Source: Candidatus Thorarchaeota archaeon
GTDB lineage: Archaea; Asgardarchaeota; Thorarchaeia; Thorarchaeales; Thorarchaeaceae
Direction of reading: 5' to 3'
DNA length: 64,000 nt
NCBI GenBank assembly: GCA_046482545.1
Contig: JAWOEX010000013.1
Span: 52,318 to 116,317 of the forward strand
The notes under the pieces were generated by a model. The model was given only the letters and a program-made list of their open reading frames with translations, had not been told where the DNA came from and did not search any database. This document shows positions 1 to 10,200 of this stretch, piece by piece. How positions within the stretch are numbered: position 1 is the first letter of the stretch; each line of letters begins with the position of its first letter. Made by a program: the position numbers and the translations under genes.

Positions 1-116
1 TCAATTGATGCTTCTACATCTTCCTTCCTGAGAAGAATCATATTACAATAAGCAAGACAAATAAAGGGTCCGCCCAATCAATTCCATACGTTCACAGTTC
101 AATAGGGTGAAATTTA

Positions 117-434
117 ATGGCAGACAAAGCGGAAAACGCAAGAACCTTCGGCAAGCTTCTCGCGGATGCTTGGGAAAACACGCCCAGTTTCATCTGCAGC
201 AATGATGACTATGCATACTGCTTGTATCCCGCCGACAAGAACAAGGAGAAATGGATTGAGGGGTCTCTCACGTTTCCGGATGGATTCTTTGATAAGAAGG
301 AAATTACCCCCCAAAAAGCTATTGCCCTGCTGATTGAGGAACTCAAGGTTCTCCCATCTTATGGTGCGGAAACCATAGTCAACACAAAGGCCAAATTCGA
401 CAATCTTGTGGCTAGACTTGCAGAGCTCGCCTGA
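117..434 (+). CDS. hypothetical protein (105 aa)
   Basis: Clean ORF with protein-like composition and an upstream GGGTGA RBS-like motif; no recognised domain. Confidence 0.75.
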   Translation: MADKAENARTFGKLLADAWENTPSFICSNDDYAYCLYPADKNKEKWIEGSLTFPDGFFDKKEITPQKAIALLIEELKVLPSYGAETIVNTKAKFDNLVARLAELA

Positions 435-487
435 TTCCCCATCGGATTTCCTCTTATGCTACCAATCCTCCAGACGGAGGTTCGTGG

Positions 488-1114
488 TTGATTGATTACG
501 TAAAAGTCCTTTCGGGTATGAATGAGAACTCTCGGGAGGCATTGCTTTCTAGGGCTGAGAGGATTGTACTGAATCGTGAGCTTGATAGATTGACAGAAGA
601 AATTGTGGCGACTAGACAGGCCCTCCAGCTGGAAAATGCTGACAAACAATTCCTTGCTGATAGAGCTAAAGAGCTTGGTGATAGACTCAAACATATCAAG
701 AACAGGCAAAGAGAATTGGAGCATACGACTGGCGAGATACTTCTTGAAAAGATGATTAAAAGTACGAAACGAATGCATAACAATCGACCGAAATTACCCG
801 GTGTATTCTCATCCCTGAAGGATTCTAGCCCGCTGAAGACTAATGGCTTCGGTAAGATGGATCCATCTGAACTTGATGTGGAGCTAGCCAAAGAAACTGA
901 TTGTATGAAGGGCTGCATAGAGTCTCTGAAAGATGCCGCTCAGAAGTTAGCGAAACAAGAAGTACAGCTACGTGCAAAATACGACATCGGTGACATCTCA
1001 CGTTCTCGCTTTCTCACTGCACACTCTGAGATCCGGAGAAATCTCGCAATTCTAAAAATCTCTGAAGAAATACTTGACCAACTTGCATGCCAAGCCGAGG
1101 ATGTGCTGGAGTAA
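488..1114 (+). CDS. coiled-coil hypothetical protein
   Basis: 208-aa ORF rich in E/K/R/L heptads; GGAGG RBS upstream. Confidence 0.75.
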   Translation: MIDYVKVLSGMNENSREALLSRAERIVLNRELDRLTEEIVATRQALQLENADKQFLADRAKELGDRLKHIKNRQRELEHTTGEILLEKMIKSTKRMHNNRPKLPGVFSSLKDSSPLKTNGFGKMDPSELDVELAKETDCMKGCIESLKDAAQKLAKQEVQLRAKYDIGDISRSRFLTAHSEIRRNLAILKISEEILDQLACQAEDVLE

Positions 1115-1342
1115 TGCAAGAGATATACCTCTCCTGCCATTGTGGCCAAGGAGAATGATGGCTGATCGCTTACTACCTGTTATCACCTGGAATAGATATG
1201 GCCAAAAATTAATGCACTTCAAATTTATCAAAGATTGTGACCATTATGCGAACCTAGAACAGAGCTGTTTTCTTTCCGAAGTGCCAGTCCCACAATGCCT
1301 ATAAGCACCGTGCTGGAAAGACGACAAAGATGGTGAAGAGAC

Positions 1343-1468
1343 GTGCTGGATAAGGTTCGCCCGGAAATGAGGGCTATAATCTATTTCATGGTCGCTCTAT
1401 CACTCATAGGGATAGGGTTACTACTCGGGCAGAAGGCTTTCGCACTCGAATTCTTAGCCCCTCCGTGA
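1343..1468 (+). CDS. small single-pass membrane protein (41 aa, not in ORF track)
   Basis: GTG-start ORF MLDKVRPEMRAIIYFMVALSLIGIGLLLGQKAFALEFLAPP with GGTGA RBS and one hydrophobic helix; fills the intergenic gap. Confidence 0.5.
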   Translation: MLDKVRPEMRAIIYFMVALSLIGIGLLLGQKAFALEFLAPP

Positions 1469-1494
1469 AGTACTAATTCTCCGAGAGGATTTGA

Positions 1495-2475
1495 TTGTCC
1501 CGCCTTGATGATATCGTGGACACGCTACTTTCATTTGATGGTATTTCCCGAAAATTTGTGCTTCCAAGTATAATCAGTCGTCTTCGAAAATCATCTTACA
1601 ACGGTGATTTTCCTCATGCTCTAGGTGAGGACTCAGCAGCAATAGAGACTAGTTGTGACGAGTATATTCTCTTAACAACGGACGCCATAGTTGAAAAGAT
1701 GTGCCTCCATCACCCGCGAGCAGCTGGCTTCAACGCTATTCTGGCAAATGTGATGGATATCTATGCAGCGGGAGGTATACCCACATCACTCGCTGTAGCC
1801 TTGTCTTATTCCGATGAGGAAGTGGGCGAGGAGTTACTTGAGGGGCTTATTGACGGATCCCATAAGTTCAGGATTCCCCTTGTCCGCGGTCACACGAACT
1901 CACAATCTCAGTCAACCTACGTTGTTGGCTCTGCTACGGGAACAGTCGAGAAATCGAATCTGTTGACAGCTGGAGGTGCAAGCTCCGGAGATTACTTGGT
2001 TTTGCTTTTCGATAGGAATGGCAAGATTGGGGAACACTACAAGCTGGGCTGGGATTCAGTAACTGAACAAGATTCGGAAGCGGTTATTCAGCGTTTATCT
2101 ACTATGAATGAACTAGCGGAGCTCCGTTTGGTACACGCCTCTAAGGACGTTTCAACTGCTGGACTGATTGGTACTGCAGGCATGCTCCTCGAATATTCCG
2201 GTAAAGGTGGATACATCGACCTAGATGCAATAGAAGCAGAGATTCCAAATACAGTCTCTCTTGAGGACTGGTTGCGTATGTACATCTCACTAGGCTTTCT
2301 AGTAGCAGTACCCCCCGAGAAACATTCCCAGTTATCAAGTATTGGGACGAGACACGGCATGGCGCAGATAGTCGTGGGGCGTGTTGATGACTCTGAGTCG
2401 CTTAGGCTACAATTGGGTGAAGCGGAAAAGCCGATTTTCGATTTCTCACATGGGCCTGTCCTCACTCCAAAATAA
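1495..2475 (+). CDS. AIR synthase/PurM-ThiL-SelD superfamily protein (sll0787/methanogenesis marker 2-like)
   Basis: GEDSAAI, ANVMDIYAAGG, RGHT and KDVSTAGLIGT motifs. Confidence 0.75.
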   Translation: MSRLDDIVDTLLSFDGISRKFVLPSIISRLRKSSYNGDFPHALGEDSAAIETSCDEYILLTTDAIVEKMCLHHPRAAGFNAILANVMDIYAAGGIPTSLAVALSYSDEEVGEELLEGLIDGSHKFRIPLVRGHTNSQSQSTYVVGSATGTVEKSNLLTAGGASSGDYLVLLFDRNGKIGEHYKLGWDSVTEQDSEAVIQRLSTMNELAELRLVHASKDVSTAGLIGTAGMLLEYSGKGGYIDLDAIEAEIPNTVSLEDWLRMYISLGFLVAVPPEKHSQLSSIGTRHGMAQIVVGRVDDSESLRLQLGEAEKPIFDFSHGPVLTPK

Positions 2476-2574
2476 TCAGCTTTCAGAGAATGAATCAGTT
2501 CTCTATTTCTCAAAGAGCCAATGTCTGCCAAAGCGGAAATCATTATAATATCGCTTGAGTTTCGTCACTCAGAT

Positions 2575-2796
2575 GTGACAAGTTTGGCTGATAAGACATG
2601 CAGCATTGTGGGTTGCGACAAGCCTGTCAAGCGATCCTTTCCGACTAAGAGGATCGCCAACAGCATAAGGAAGGCAGGCCTACAGATGGAGGCCTCGCGC
2701 TATAGGCGCACATATCTATGCCGGAAACATTGGAAAATTGTCAAAAAAGAATATAAGAAGAAGCGCGATGTTGAGCGTCTTCGATGGGGGCCCTAG
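2575..2796 (+). CDS. small basic zinc-finger-like protein
   Basis: CSIVGC...LCRKH motif; GTG/TTG start near 2575 is more plausible than 2521. Confidence 0.6.
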   Translation: MTSLADKTCSIVGCDKPVKRSFPTKRIANSIRKAGLQMEASRYRRTYLCRKHWKIVKKEYKKKRDVERLRWGP

Positions 2797-2860
2797 TTCA
2801 CAGTAGCTCTATTTAATACCGGTGACATTCCAACATAGGCTGCCCTAGGAGGCGTGTTTC

Positions 2861-3217
2861 TTGCCTGCAAGTGAAGAAGTCCTTACTAAGGTTTCACCTG
2901 AATGGAAGCTCTGGCTGGAATATGATGGAGAATACATATTTGGCCCTGGCGCATACGCGATTCTTGAGAGCATAGACGAAGAAGGTACGATAACAGCTGG
3001 TGCTGCTGCTCTGGATATGTCATACCGGTATGCATGGGGCGTAGTAAGAGACATCGAGAAAAAACTTGGTGTCAAGATACTTGATACTTATCGAGGGGGG
3101 GCAGTAGGCGGAGGCGGTGCAAAATTAACTCAAGAAGGCCGCAAGCTCATGGATTTATTCGCCACCGTAAGTGGCAAATTGGAATCTGCTACTGCGGATT
3201 TCCAAAATAACCCGTAA
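2861..3217 (+). CDS. ModE-type winged-helix regulator (N-terminal domain only)
   Basis: FGPG..ILESI...GTITAGAAALDMSYRYAW...RGG..GGGAKLT signature. Confidence 0.85.
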   Translation: MPASEEVLTKVSPEWKLWLEYDGEYIFGPGAYAILESIDEEGTITAGAAALDMSYRYAWGVVRDIEKKLGVKILDTYRGGAVGGGGAKLTQEGRKLMDLFATVSGKLESATADFQNNP

Positions 3218-3319
3218 CTCATTCATCAAAAGATTATGTTCCGCTCCTGTATTCTATTGCATACATACTTGAGCAGAGCCGCTTGTACTGGCTCTGCCTT
3301 TGCAAATACAAGCTAGCTT

Positions 3320-4372
3320 TCACAGGAATCTTATCTGGATTGCATCATTTGGACAATGACTCTTACATTCGAGACACATAATGCAATCGGGGCTGTGCAT
3401 GTGTTGATACGGGAAACTGCGAATTCGGATATTCATAGGACAAACATCTTCGCATACGGTACAAGTATCAGGAGTACAGCGTGCGGGATTTCTTCCTATT
3501 CCAATGAGGGCGTCTCTGGAGAAGACACCGTACAGCCATCCTGCTGGGCAGAGCCATCTGCAGAACCAGCGTGGGAACCAGTATGAAATCGCAAGAATAA
3601 TACCTATGAATACAACCTGCAGCCAGAACACAGGTTCCCATGTTAAGAGAAGCCAGAACTCGTCAAATCCAGTTGGCCATGTTTGTTCTGGGAAAATGAC
3701 AAACAAGATATATGCCGGATTAAGAGGGTCGAAGGCTGCCTTTGCGAATGGTCCTAGAACTCGGACCAAGTTCTCTTCATTTCCTTGTATTCTACTGATT
3801 CCTACCCACGCGACCAAAAACATCACTATGACAAATATGTACGCCTTAATTTGTCTAAGTTCCTTCTCTGAGCCTTGCGAGGGTTGAATTTTTGTCCTAT
3901 TTGGCAAGGTTACGAAATCTTGGATGGTCCCAATTGGGCATATCCATCCGCATGGTGTCCTGCCTATTACTATCAGAACAAGAATCATGGCCCCAATTGT
4001 GAAGAATGGAAAAGCACCATTTGTAAACACCTTTTGCATAACATCGAATGACCCCGCAATCATTGCAAAAGGCGCCTCAAGAGGGGCGATTATCGGCAAA
4101 GTAGGCAGAATTTCGTGAAAACTGCTCCAGAACTGGACAATCTGGTCTTGCCCAAACCATGCACTGAAAACATAGGCATTGATTCCCAGTAGGAACAGAA
4201 TCTGTACCAGCCGGCGAAGCATTCTGACATTTATGACACGCCCAATTAAGTCGCGGGCATCGAAACCCTTGGAAGAATCATCGGAGGCGAATTCCTGTTT
4301 TGAAGGTGCTCCGTCTTCCTGAGATTCGTCTGGTTTGTCGACCTCATCGGCATTGTCTGCCATGGCATTCAT
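3320..4372 (-). CDS. membrane 4Fe-4S binding protein (NapH/MauN-like)
   Basis: GRxxCGWICPxG, RWFCRWLCPAG, two C-terminal ferredoxin motifs and TM helices. Confidence 0.85.
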   Translation of the reverse strand: MNAMADNADEVDKPDESQEDGAPSKQEFASDDSSKGFDARDLIGRVINVRMLRRLVQILFLLGINAYVFSAWFGQDQIVQFWSSFHEILPTLPIIAPLEAPFAMIAGSFDVMQKVFTNGAFPFFTIGAMILVLIVIGRTPCGWICPIGTIQDFVTLPNRTKIQPSQGSEKELRQIKAYIFVIVMFLVAWVGISRIQGNEENLVRVLGPFAKAAFDPLNPAYILFVIFPEQTWPTGFDEFWLLLTWEPVFWLQVVFIGIILAISYWFPRWFCRWLCPAGWLYGVFSRDALIGIGRNPARCTPDTCTVCEDVCPMNIRIRSFPYQHMHSPDCIMCLECKSHCPNDAIQIRFL

Positions 4373-4469
4373 TCCTCAACTGGAACAATCTTGGCGGCGT
4401 CAACCTGAGTTGACGTTAAAAGGATTATGTTGAAAACGTCTCCTATACCTGAAGAAGAATGCCACGTGA

Positions 4470-4880
4470 TTACTCTTCAGAATTAAAGCTGAGTTGAATT
4501 ACTTCATCAACAATTCTGATGGTGAGTGTGTAGTATCCTTCCCCTTCCAGACCTGATGATACCAGATTGTGGCTGTAGGTGTCTGGCCATGAACCAACTA
4601 CCTCTCCATCTTGTGAATAAGTGATGGTCAGTCTATTCCCGTCAATTTGCATCTCACAACCCTGTGGCACATTTACACCTACCACTGTTGTGTTTGCCAA
4701 ACCTGTATCAACTTGTTCTGTTGCATTATGTATTTGGATGGCGGTCTGTTGTGCTATTTCGAAGTGGGACGCGCTAGCCATAAGATTAATCGCATGCATC
4801 AACAGAGGTACTCCGACAATAACCGCACTTGATAGCCCAACCGCAATGAGCATCATCTTTTCTAGCGATCTGGAAACCAT
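4470..4880 (-). CDS. membrane-anchored hypothetical protein, possibly pilin-like
   Basis: N-terminal S-L-E followed by a hydrophobic helix and a beta-rich C-terminus; start taken at MVSRSLE. Confidence 0.5.
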   Translation of the reverse strand: MVSRSLEKMMLIAVGLSSAVIVGVPLLMHAINLMASASHFEIAQQTAIQIHNATEQVDTGLANTTVVGVNVPQGCEMQIDGNRLTITYSQDGEVVGSWPDTYSHNLVSSGLEGEGYYTLTIRIVDEVIQLSFNSEE

Positions 4881-5019
4881 ACCCTGCTGTGTGTATTTTC
4901 CCCAATAAACCACCCGCAATAGGGAAATGTAAGAAGCATACCACGGGCATTGGTTCAACTTTCAGCTTTTGTGATAATATTTTAACGGGGAACACCACTA
5001 ATTCTTTCGGAGTACGACC

Positions 5020-6414
5020 TTGAAACGCCCGATTCCCGTACATGTGGGACTTATAGGCCACATAGATCATGGCAAGACAGAGCTGGCGAAACGTCTCAGC
5101 GAGAAGGCATTCACGGCCGGGCATGACAAACACCCCCAGTCAAAAGAGAGAGGTATCACGATTGATTTGGGTTTCAGTATGTTCTCCTCAGACCAATACC
5201 TCGTGACCCTTGTGGATGCTCCAGGTCATGCTGATTTGATTCAGAGTGTGGTAGCTGGTGCCAGTATCATGGATGCCGCTATTCTTACGGTGGCAGCTGA
5301 TGAGGGCCCTCAGATTCAGACCGTTGAACACATAACGGTTCTCAAGGCGATGGGTATAGAGAAACTGCTCGTTGCTATCACCAAGGTTGACCTTACTGAG
5401 GGCGAAAGACTGAATCTAGTCCTGCAGCGGACCAAAGGTATGGTTGAGAGATTAAAGTTCGATATGGTAGACTACGTATCTGTATCTGCTCGGACAGGTT
5501 TTGGAATTGAAAAACTACGGGGGAAACTATTGGCTTTCCTCGCTCCGCCTGACCGTCAGGAAGATGGCCCCCTTCGCATACCTGTAGACCACGCATTCCC
5601 TGTTACAGGACACGGGACCGTATTGACCGGTACCATTCTGAGGGGATCACTTTCCATAGGTGATACTGTGCAACTGGTGCCAGGGGGAGACCAAGGAAAA
5701 GTGCGTACGATTCAAACCTTTGGACAGGAACGGGATTCAGCAAGTGCGGGCGACCGAGTAGGTGTCAATATTCCTGCTCTTGACCATGAGAACATTCAAC
5801 GTGGGAACTACTTATGTACTCCCAATAGCTTGGAGACTTCGAACTCATTTCTGACTACGGTCGAGATTAATCCTCAGTACAAAGGTCGTATTACCTCAAG
5901 GATGATTCTGAATGCAACAATCGGGATGTCCAGCGTAACAGCCGAAATTATCCCTTTCCGAAAGGAGGGAGAACATAGAATTCCAATCGAAGAACCTGAG
6001 AAGCGCATATTCGAAGCTGTACTTCTCCTGAAACAGGATGTGCCTGCGGAGGTAGGCAATCGTGTTCTACTCATGCGGACCGATATGCCTGTAACAAGCA
6101 TGCGGATAGTAGGCTGTGGAAATATTGAGAGCCTGTCTACAACGGTAATCCTAGACCGAAAGAAAACAAGAAGCGGAAAAATCAGCAGAATACGAGAAGA
6201 TGATGTGCTGGTGGAAGGTTTAGCTACGAACAAGCAGCAAGCAAGGATTCTGAAGGGGCGCATCATCCAAGCTGACAACGGAGCAAGAGGTGAGCTTGTG
6301 GACTCCTTTGGAACTCGTGGTGTACTGGTTGCCAGATTCAATCAAGAAATCGAACTCGGAGAGAAAGTCGTTTTGGAGGACTACATTGAGGAGGAATATC
6401 ATTTTGGCAGATGA
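5020..6414 (+). CDS. selB: selenocysteine-specific translation elongation factor (archaeal SelB/eEFSec)
   Basis: GHIDHGKT, RGITIDLGF, DAPGH and TKVD motifs; overlaps sepsecS and lies near tRNA-Sec. Confidence 0.92.
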   Translation: MKRPIPVHVGLIGHIDHGKTELAKRLSEKAFTAGHDKHPQSKERGITIDLGFSMFSSDQYLVTLVDAPGHADLIQSVVAGASIMDAAILTVAADEGPQIQTVEHITVLKAMGIEKLLVAITKVDLTEGERLNLVLQRTKGMVERLKFDMVDYVSVSARTGFGIEKLRGKLLAFLAPPDRQEDGPLRIPVDHAFPVTGHGTVLTGTILRGSLSIGDTVQLVPGGDQGKVRTIQTFGQERDSASAGDRVGVNIPALDHENIQRGNYLCTPNSLETSNSFLTTVEINPQYKGRITSRMILNATIGMSSVTAEIIPFRKEGEHRIPIEEPEKRIFEAVLLLKQDVPAEVGNRVLLMRTDMPVTSMRIVGCGNIESLSTTVILDRKKTRSGKISRIREDDVLVEGLATNKQQARILKGRIIQADNGARGELVDSFGTRGVLVARFNQEIELGEKVVLEDYIEEEYHFGR

Positions 6415-7735
6415 GCCCATTGACAAATTTGAAGAGCTTATACCTGAGAGCATGAGAGCACGGGGACGCATTACAGTCGATGCATTACTTTCGCCTGTTC
6501 GTGATGTAATAAATCGCAGAGGATTTCCGAAAGAACCGCTCTCTGACGAACAGGTTGAGTTATTATTACATCTCCTTTCCTCCATGGATACGGACAAGGA
6601 CCCGGAGGCAGCCAGAGTGGGGGAACGGGAGGGGCGAACCGCAAGTCCGTTGATAGAACGGTTAGCGGCAGGTTTCAACCATGGAATTGGTCGCAGTGGT
6701 CATCTGACAGATCCTCAACCAAAGGCTCCAGGAGCTTCCACAATGCAGCGAATAACCAATTCTGTGGCCCTAGACGCTATCCGCAAGCTGGGTCTACCCA
6801 ACGTTCGTGCCGGCTTAGTTACGCCTCTTTCGACCGGCATGACATTGGCATTGGTATTTGGAGCGCTGCGAAGGGAAGAAGGGGTACGAATACTCATCTA
6901 TCCCCGAATCGACCATACATCACCTGACCGCGCAATCCAGTTTGCCGGACTGACGAAGATTCCAATATCTACTATTCTGGATGGAGATGCGGTTCTTCCG
7001 GATATGAACGAGTTCGAGAAACAGTTGCACGATGTAGAAGATGCCGCTGTTTTGGCAACAACTACCTTCTTTCCCCCACGTGAATCAGATCCCGTCAAAC
7101 CAATAGCAAAGCTTTGCCAAGAAGAGCAGGTTCCATTGGTCATTAACAATGCTTACGGCGTTCAATCTGAACGCATTATGGGTGAGATACGTTCTGCAAT
7201 TGATGCTGGGAGGGTGGATGCCGTTGTACAGAGCAGCGATAAGAATTTCTTGGCACCAGTTGGCGGTTCAATTCTGGTATCCCCTCGAGATGATATGATT
7301 GAACAAGCTGCCGAGACTTACGCCGGACGAGCAACAGCCGCACCTGTCGTACAGACATTAGCTGCGCTACTAGTTCTCGGAGTCAATGGATATACTGAGC
7401 TACGTCAGGCACAGGTACAGAATCTTGATTTCCTAGAGGACGAGATGGCTACCATAGCAGATTCTGTTGATGAACGTCTGCTATCGGTTTGGAATCCTGT
7501 TGCTTGTGCAATGACCCTAGACGGGTTTGATTCAAAAGAGATTGGAGGTCACCTCTATAACAGAAGAGTCACCGGCCCGCGAGCTGTTCCTAAGAGCGGG
7601 AAGGGCTCGTCAATAAATGATTACCCACATAGCTACTTGGTGATGAATGCAGCAATCGGGGCGAGCCGTAGAGACGTTGAGCAAGCCACCAGCAGACTAT
7701 ATAAGGAATTAACCGAATGGTTAAAGAAGCGTTGA
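6404..7735 (+). CDS. sepsecS: O-phosphoseryl-tRNA(Sec) selenium transferase
   Basis: GEREGR, HGIGRSG..QPKAPG, INNAYG and QSSDKNF (PLP lysine); TTG start at 6404 with GAGGAGG RBS. Confidence 0.95.
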   Translation: MADEPIDKFEELIPESMRARGRITVDALLSPVRDVINRRGFPKEPLSDEQVELLLHLLSSMDTDKDPEAARVGEREGRTASPLIERLAAGFNHGIGRSGHLTDPQPKAPGASTMQRITNSVALDAIRKLGLPNVRAGLVTPLSTGMTLALVFGALRREEGVRILIYPRIDHTSPDRAIQFAGLTKIPISTILDGDAVLPDMNEFEKQLHDVEDAAVLATTTFFPPRESDPVKPIAKLCQEEQVPLVINNAYGVQSERIMGEIRSAIDAGRVDAVVQSSDKNFLAPVGGSILVSPRDDMIEQAAETYAGRATAAPVVQTLAALLVLGVNGYTELRQAQVQNLDFLEDEMATIADSVDERLLSVWNPVACAMTLDGFDSKEIGGHLYNRRVTGPRAVPKSGKGSSINDYPHSYLVMNAAIGASRRDVEQATSRLYKELTEWLKKR

Positions 7736-7751
7736 TAGAGGTCTTTTCTGT

Positions 7752-8402
7752 ATGGAAGACTTAGAGAACCAACCCAAGGCCAAGCGAACCATCAGCTACG
7801 ACCGCCCACAATCCTCGACGATTTTCCGCATTAGTTGGTACGCTATCGGCCGGAAACCCGGGGTAATGCTGAACGAGTACAGCGAAGGAGAGGGAAAGAT
7901 GTTCAAGGGCAAGGCCATGTTTATGGTTCCCTTAGATGACACCAAGACGCAAGTTCGTTTATGGGTCGAGGAGGCCCAGCGGTCTATCGAACTGACCGCT
8001 TGGGGAACAGATGAGGGAATGCTAACGGATTACTTGGATGATGTTGTTTCTAGGCTGGAAACTTACATTGCCAAGTACCTTGAATTATCTGACGAAGATC
8101 GACAGAAGGTTCGCAGGGCACTGGTTGCAAAGACATGCTGGGACCGCATAATACATCAAATTCTGAATAAGGCCCCACTGAGTTCCATTTACGTTCAGAT
8201 AGCGCACGGCCGAGAAATGATGATTAAAGCGACTGAAGGCGAAGAGATTCGTCCGTTAGCTTTGACTACAAGCGGATGGTTGACGAAAATCGAAGACCTA
8301 CCTCATGATGAAGTGCCACCATCGGATATTGCGGAAAACATTGCCAAGAAATCAATAGAATGGAAAAAGGAAACCCATGAGGTCATAGGTCACTATCTCT
8401 AG
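7752..8402 (+). CDS. hypothetical protein in the Sec operon
   Basis: 216-aa ORF 16 bp after sepsecS with GAGGT RBS. Confidence 0.75.
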   Translation: MEDLENQPKAKRTISYDRPQSSTIFRISWYAIGRKPGVMLNEYSEGEGKMFKGKAMFMVPLDDTKTQVRLWVEEAQRSIELTAWGTDEGMLTDYLDDVVSRLETYIAKYLELSDEDRQKVRRALVAKTCWDRIIHQILNKAPLSSIYVQIAHGREMMIKATEGEEIRPLALTTSGWLTKIEDLPHDEVPPSDIAENIAKKSIEWKKETHEVIGHYL

Positions 8403-8501
8403 ATGTTTCCGTTTACCAACTCAGTGCATTTCAAAGGATGTCTGTTCCTACCCGGAAACTTAAGTCACAAATGTATGTAGATTTTATATTGTCTTATTCA
8501 T

Positions 8502-8592
8502 GGCCTCCTCTAGGGTTGGTGGTCCGACCCCATGGGCTTCAAACCCATGATGGCACAAGCCATAAGTGTTCGATTCACTGAGGGGGCCGCCA
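8502..8592 (+). tRNA. selC: tRNA-Sec (UCA)
   Basis: 9-bp acceptor GGCCTCCTC/GAGGGGGCC, 7-bp D stem, 6-bp anticodon stem with TCA at 8539-8541, long variable arm ATGGC-ACAA-GCCAT, 4-bp T stem AGTG-TTCGATT-CACT, G discriminator, encoded CCA. Confidence 0.97.
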
Positions 8593-8629
8593 ATCTCATG
8601 CCTGATAGGCGAAGCAGAAGAAGACTATT

Positions 8630-9898
8630 ATGAGATTTGAAGGAAACAAAACCCACCGCGGCAGCTATTCCCCTTTTGATAGACTGGCAGAGAGGTATGA
8701 TGACTGGTTTGAAGACGATGGACGCTTAATCTTCTCTACTGAAGTGAAGGCCTTCTACACCCTGCTTCCAATGTTGCCTGAACCATGGCTCGAAATAGGC
8801 GTTGGCAGTGGACGTTTCGCTAAGGCATTAGGAATTAGACTCGGTATTGATCCTTCCGGAAAATTGCTGGAAATGGCGAAACAAAGAGGAATAGATGTCA
8901 TACTTGCGCGGGGCGAGGATGGGGTATTCAGGAATGAAACTTTAGGTACAGTGTTTATGATTGTTACTATCTGTTTTCTAGATAACCTGTTTCTTACAGT
9001 TGTAGCAACTGCATGAAACTTCTGTGTTCCACCCCTCCCCTGCCAGCGTCGCCGCTCCCAAGGCTACCCAGTGGCTCCTTGAGTCAGCAGGGGCTTTGTC
9101 CGCGTTCACCGGAATAGGATTCCTCCCGCGGTCCTGGCTTCTTTCTCCTGTCGTTGTCCCGGGTCATCACTCCGGCGACAGCGAGGTCTTCCACAGTCTT
9201 TGCCACGGCGTGGTCATGATCACCCACCTCAGCTTTGTCACCGCCGCTGAGGAGGTCCATTACGGACAAGGTGAACAGCCGCGGACTCTCCGGAACCTGA
9301 TGGGTTTCCTTTGGTGGAGAGTGAGGACTTCTGCTTAGTGGAACGAGTCCACCTCACAGCCTTCGGGGCTGAGCGCTTCTCCCGTTGGGGAGTGGCTCAC
9401 CGCCCTAGTCCTACTAGACCGGACTCTCGTACCAGGCCTAATAAACTCCCCTCCAAGGCTACAATAGTGCTTGCAGGAAATGTTACAGTTATTTTACACT
9501 TTTCCACTCGCATTTTTTTAGGATTTTGTAAGATTTCTATCCCTCTAGACTCCCCTATGAAGGTTCTACAGGAGGCTAATCGCATCCTCTCCCCAGGAGG
9601 TAGGCTTGTCCTTGGGCTGGTCTTACGAGAAAGCCCATGGGGCAAATACTATCGAGAAAAGAAGGCGGATGGACACCCTTTCTATGATTATGCCACCTTT
9701 TCCACTATCAATGATATCACAACTTTGCTTCAAGAAACGGGGTTTATTATTGAGAAGACTGTATCAACACTTTTCCAAAAGCCAGGGAATGTCAAGCATA
9801 CGGAAGAGCCCCGCGAAGGGTATTCACCAAAGGCGGGTTTCACCGTTCTCGTTGCAGCAAAGCGGGATAATGATGCTCCTGACGGGAAAGAAGAATAA
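8630..9898 (+). pseudogene. class I SAM-dependent methyltransferase split by an inserted element (8630-8982 + 9550-9898)
   Basis: LEIGVGSGRF motif; removing 8983-9549 restores ...VTICFLD-SPMKVLQEANRILSPGG... in frame. Confidence 0.9.
8983..9543 (-). mobile_element. non-autonomous TnpB/omegaRNA-derived element, copy 1 (full length, 561 bp)
   Basis: Roughly 85% identical by eye to 63600-64000; flanked by TCTAGA at 8977-8982 and 9544-9549; interrupts the methyltransferase. Confidence 0.93.
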
Positions 9899-10200
9899 GG
9901 CCCCGCAGAGTGATAGTAATGCTTACCCACAAGAAGGCTTGCGTTGAACCTCAGCAGCTATCTGGGGCCAAAACCAACTTTTGCTAGTAGAAGGGATTGC
10001 AGTGCTTATTGGTTTCCGAATTGGAAGACTAGTTTCTCGTGATACAGAATCTAAATGAGTGGAAGTGGGACTTTCAGTGCCGTTATAGGTTTAGGATCAA
10101 TAACATTGCTGAAAGATTTCTTTGCATTGCTTTCACCAATTCACGTGAAGTCAGAACAACATCTCAGAACTATCCACCGCAACTTAGTATTCGTTGGTTC

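Noticed and set aside
1495-2475. Selenophosphate synthetase SelD (same fold, near the Sec cluster)
   Set aside because: No N-terminal Cys/Sec-x-x-Lys motif and no upstream in-frame TGA extension evident; motifs fit the sll0787-like family better
8983-9019. CRISPR array
   Set aside because: The GTTTC...GAAAC unit occurs singly at dispersed loci, with no tandem repeat-spacer structure and no cas1/cas2
8983-9543. Self-splicing intron (IStron) restoring the methyltransferase
   Set aside because: The element is antisense to the gene, and no group I/II core or bulge-helix-bulge motif could be recognised
9024-9645. ORFs inside the repeats (also 13789-14073, 31478-31798, 34307-34633, 41778-42093)
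   Set aside because: Frameshifted echoes of the tnpB tail or antisense frames; not conserved in frame between copies
9911-9930. MGKHY N-terminus shared between ORF 9730-9930(-) and ORF 34662
   Set aside because: Five-residue coincidence; the first is an antisense shadow ORF
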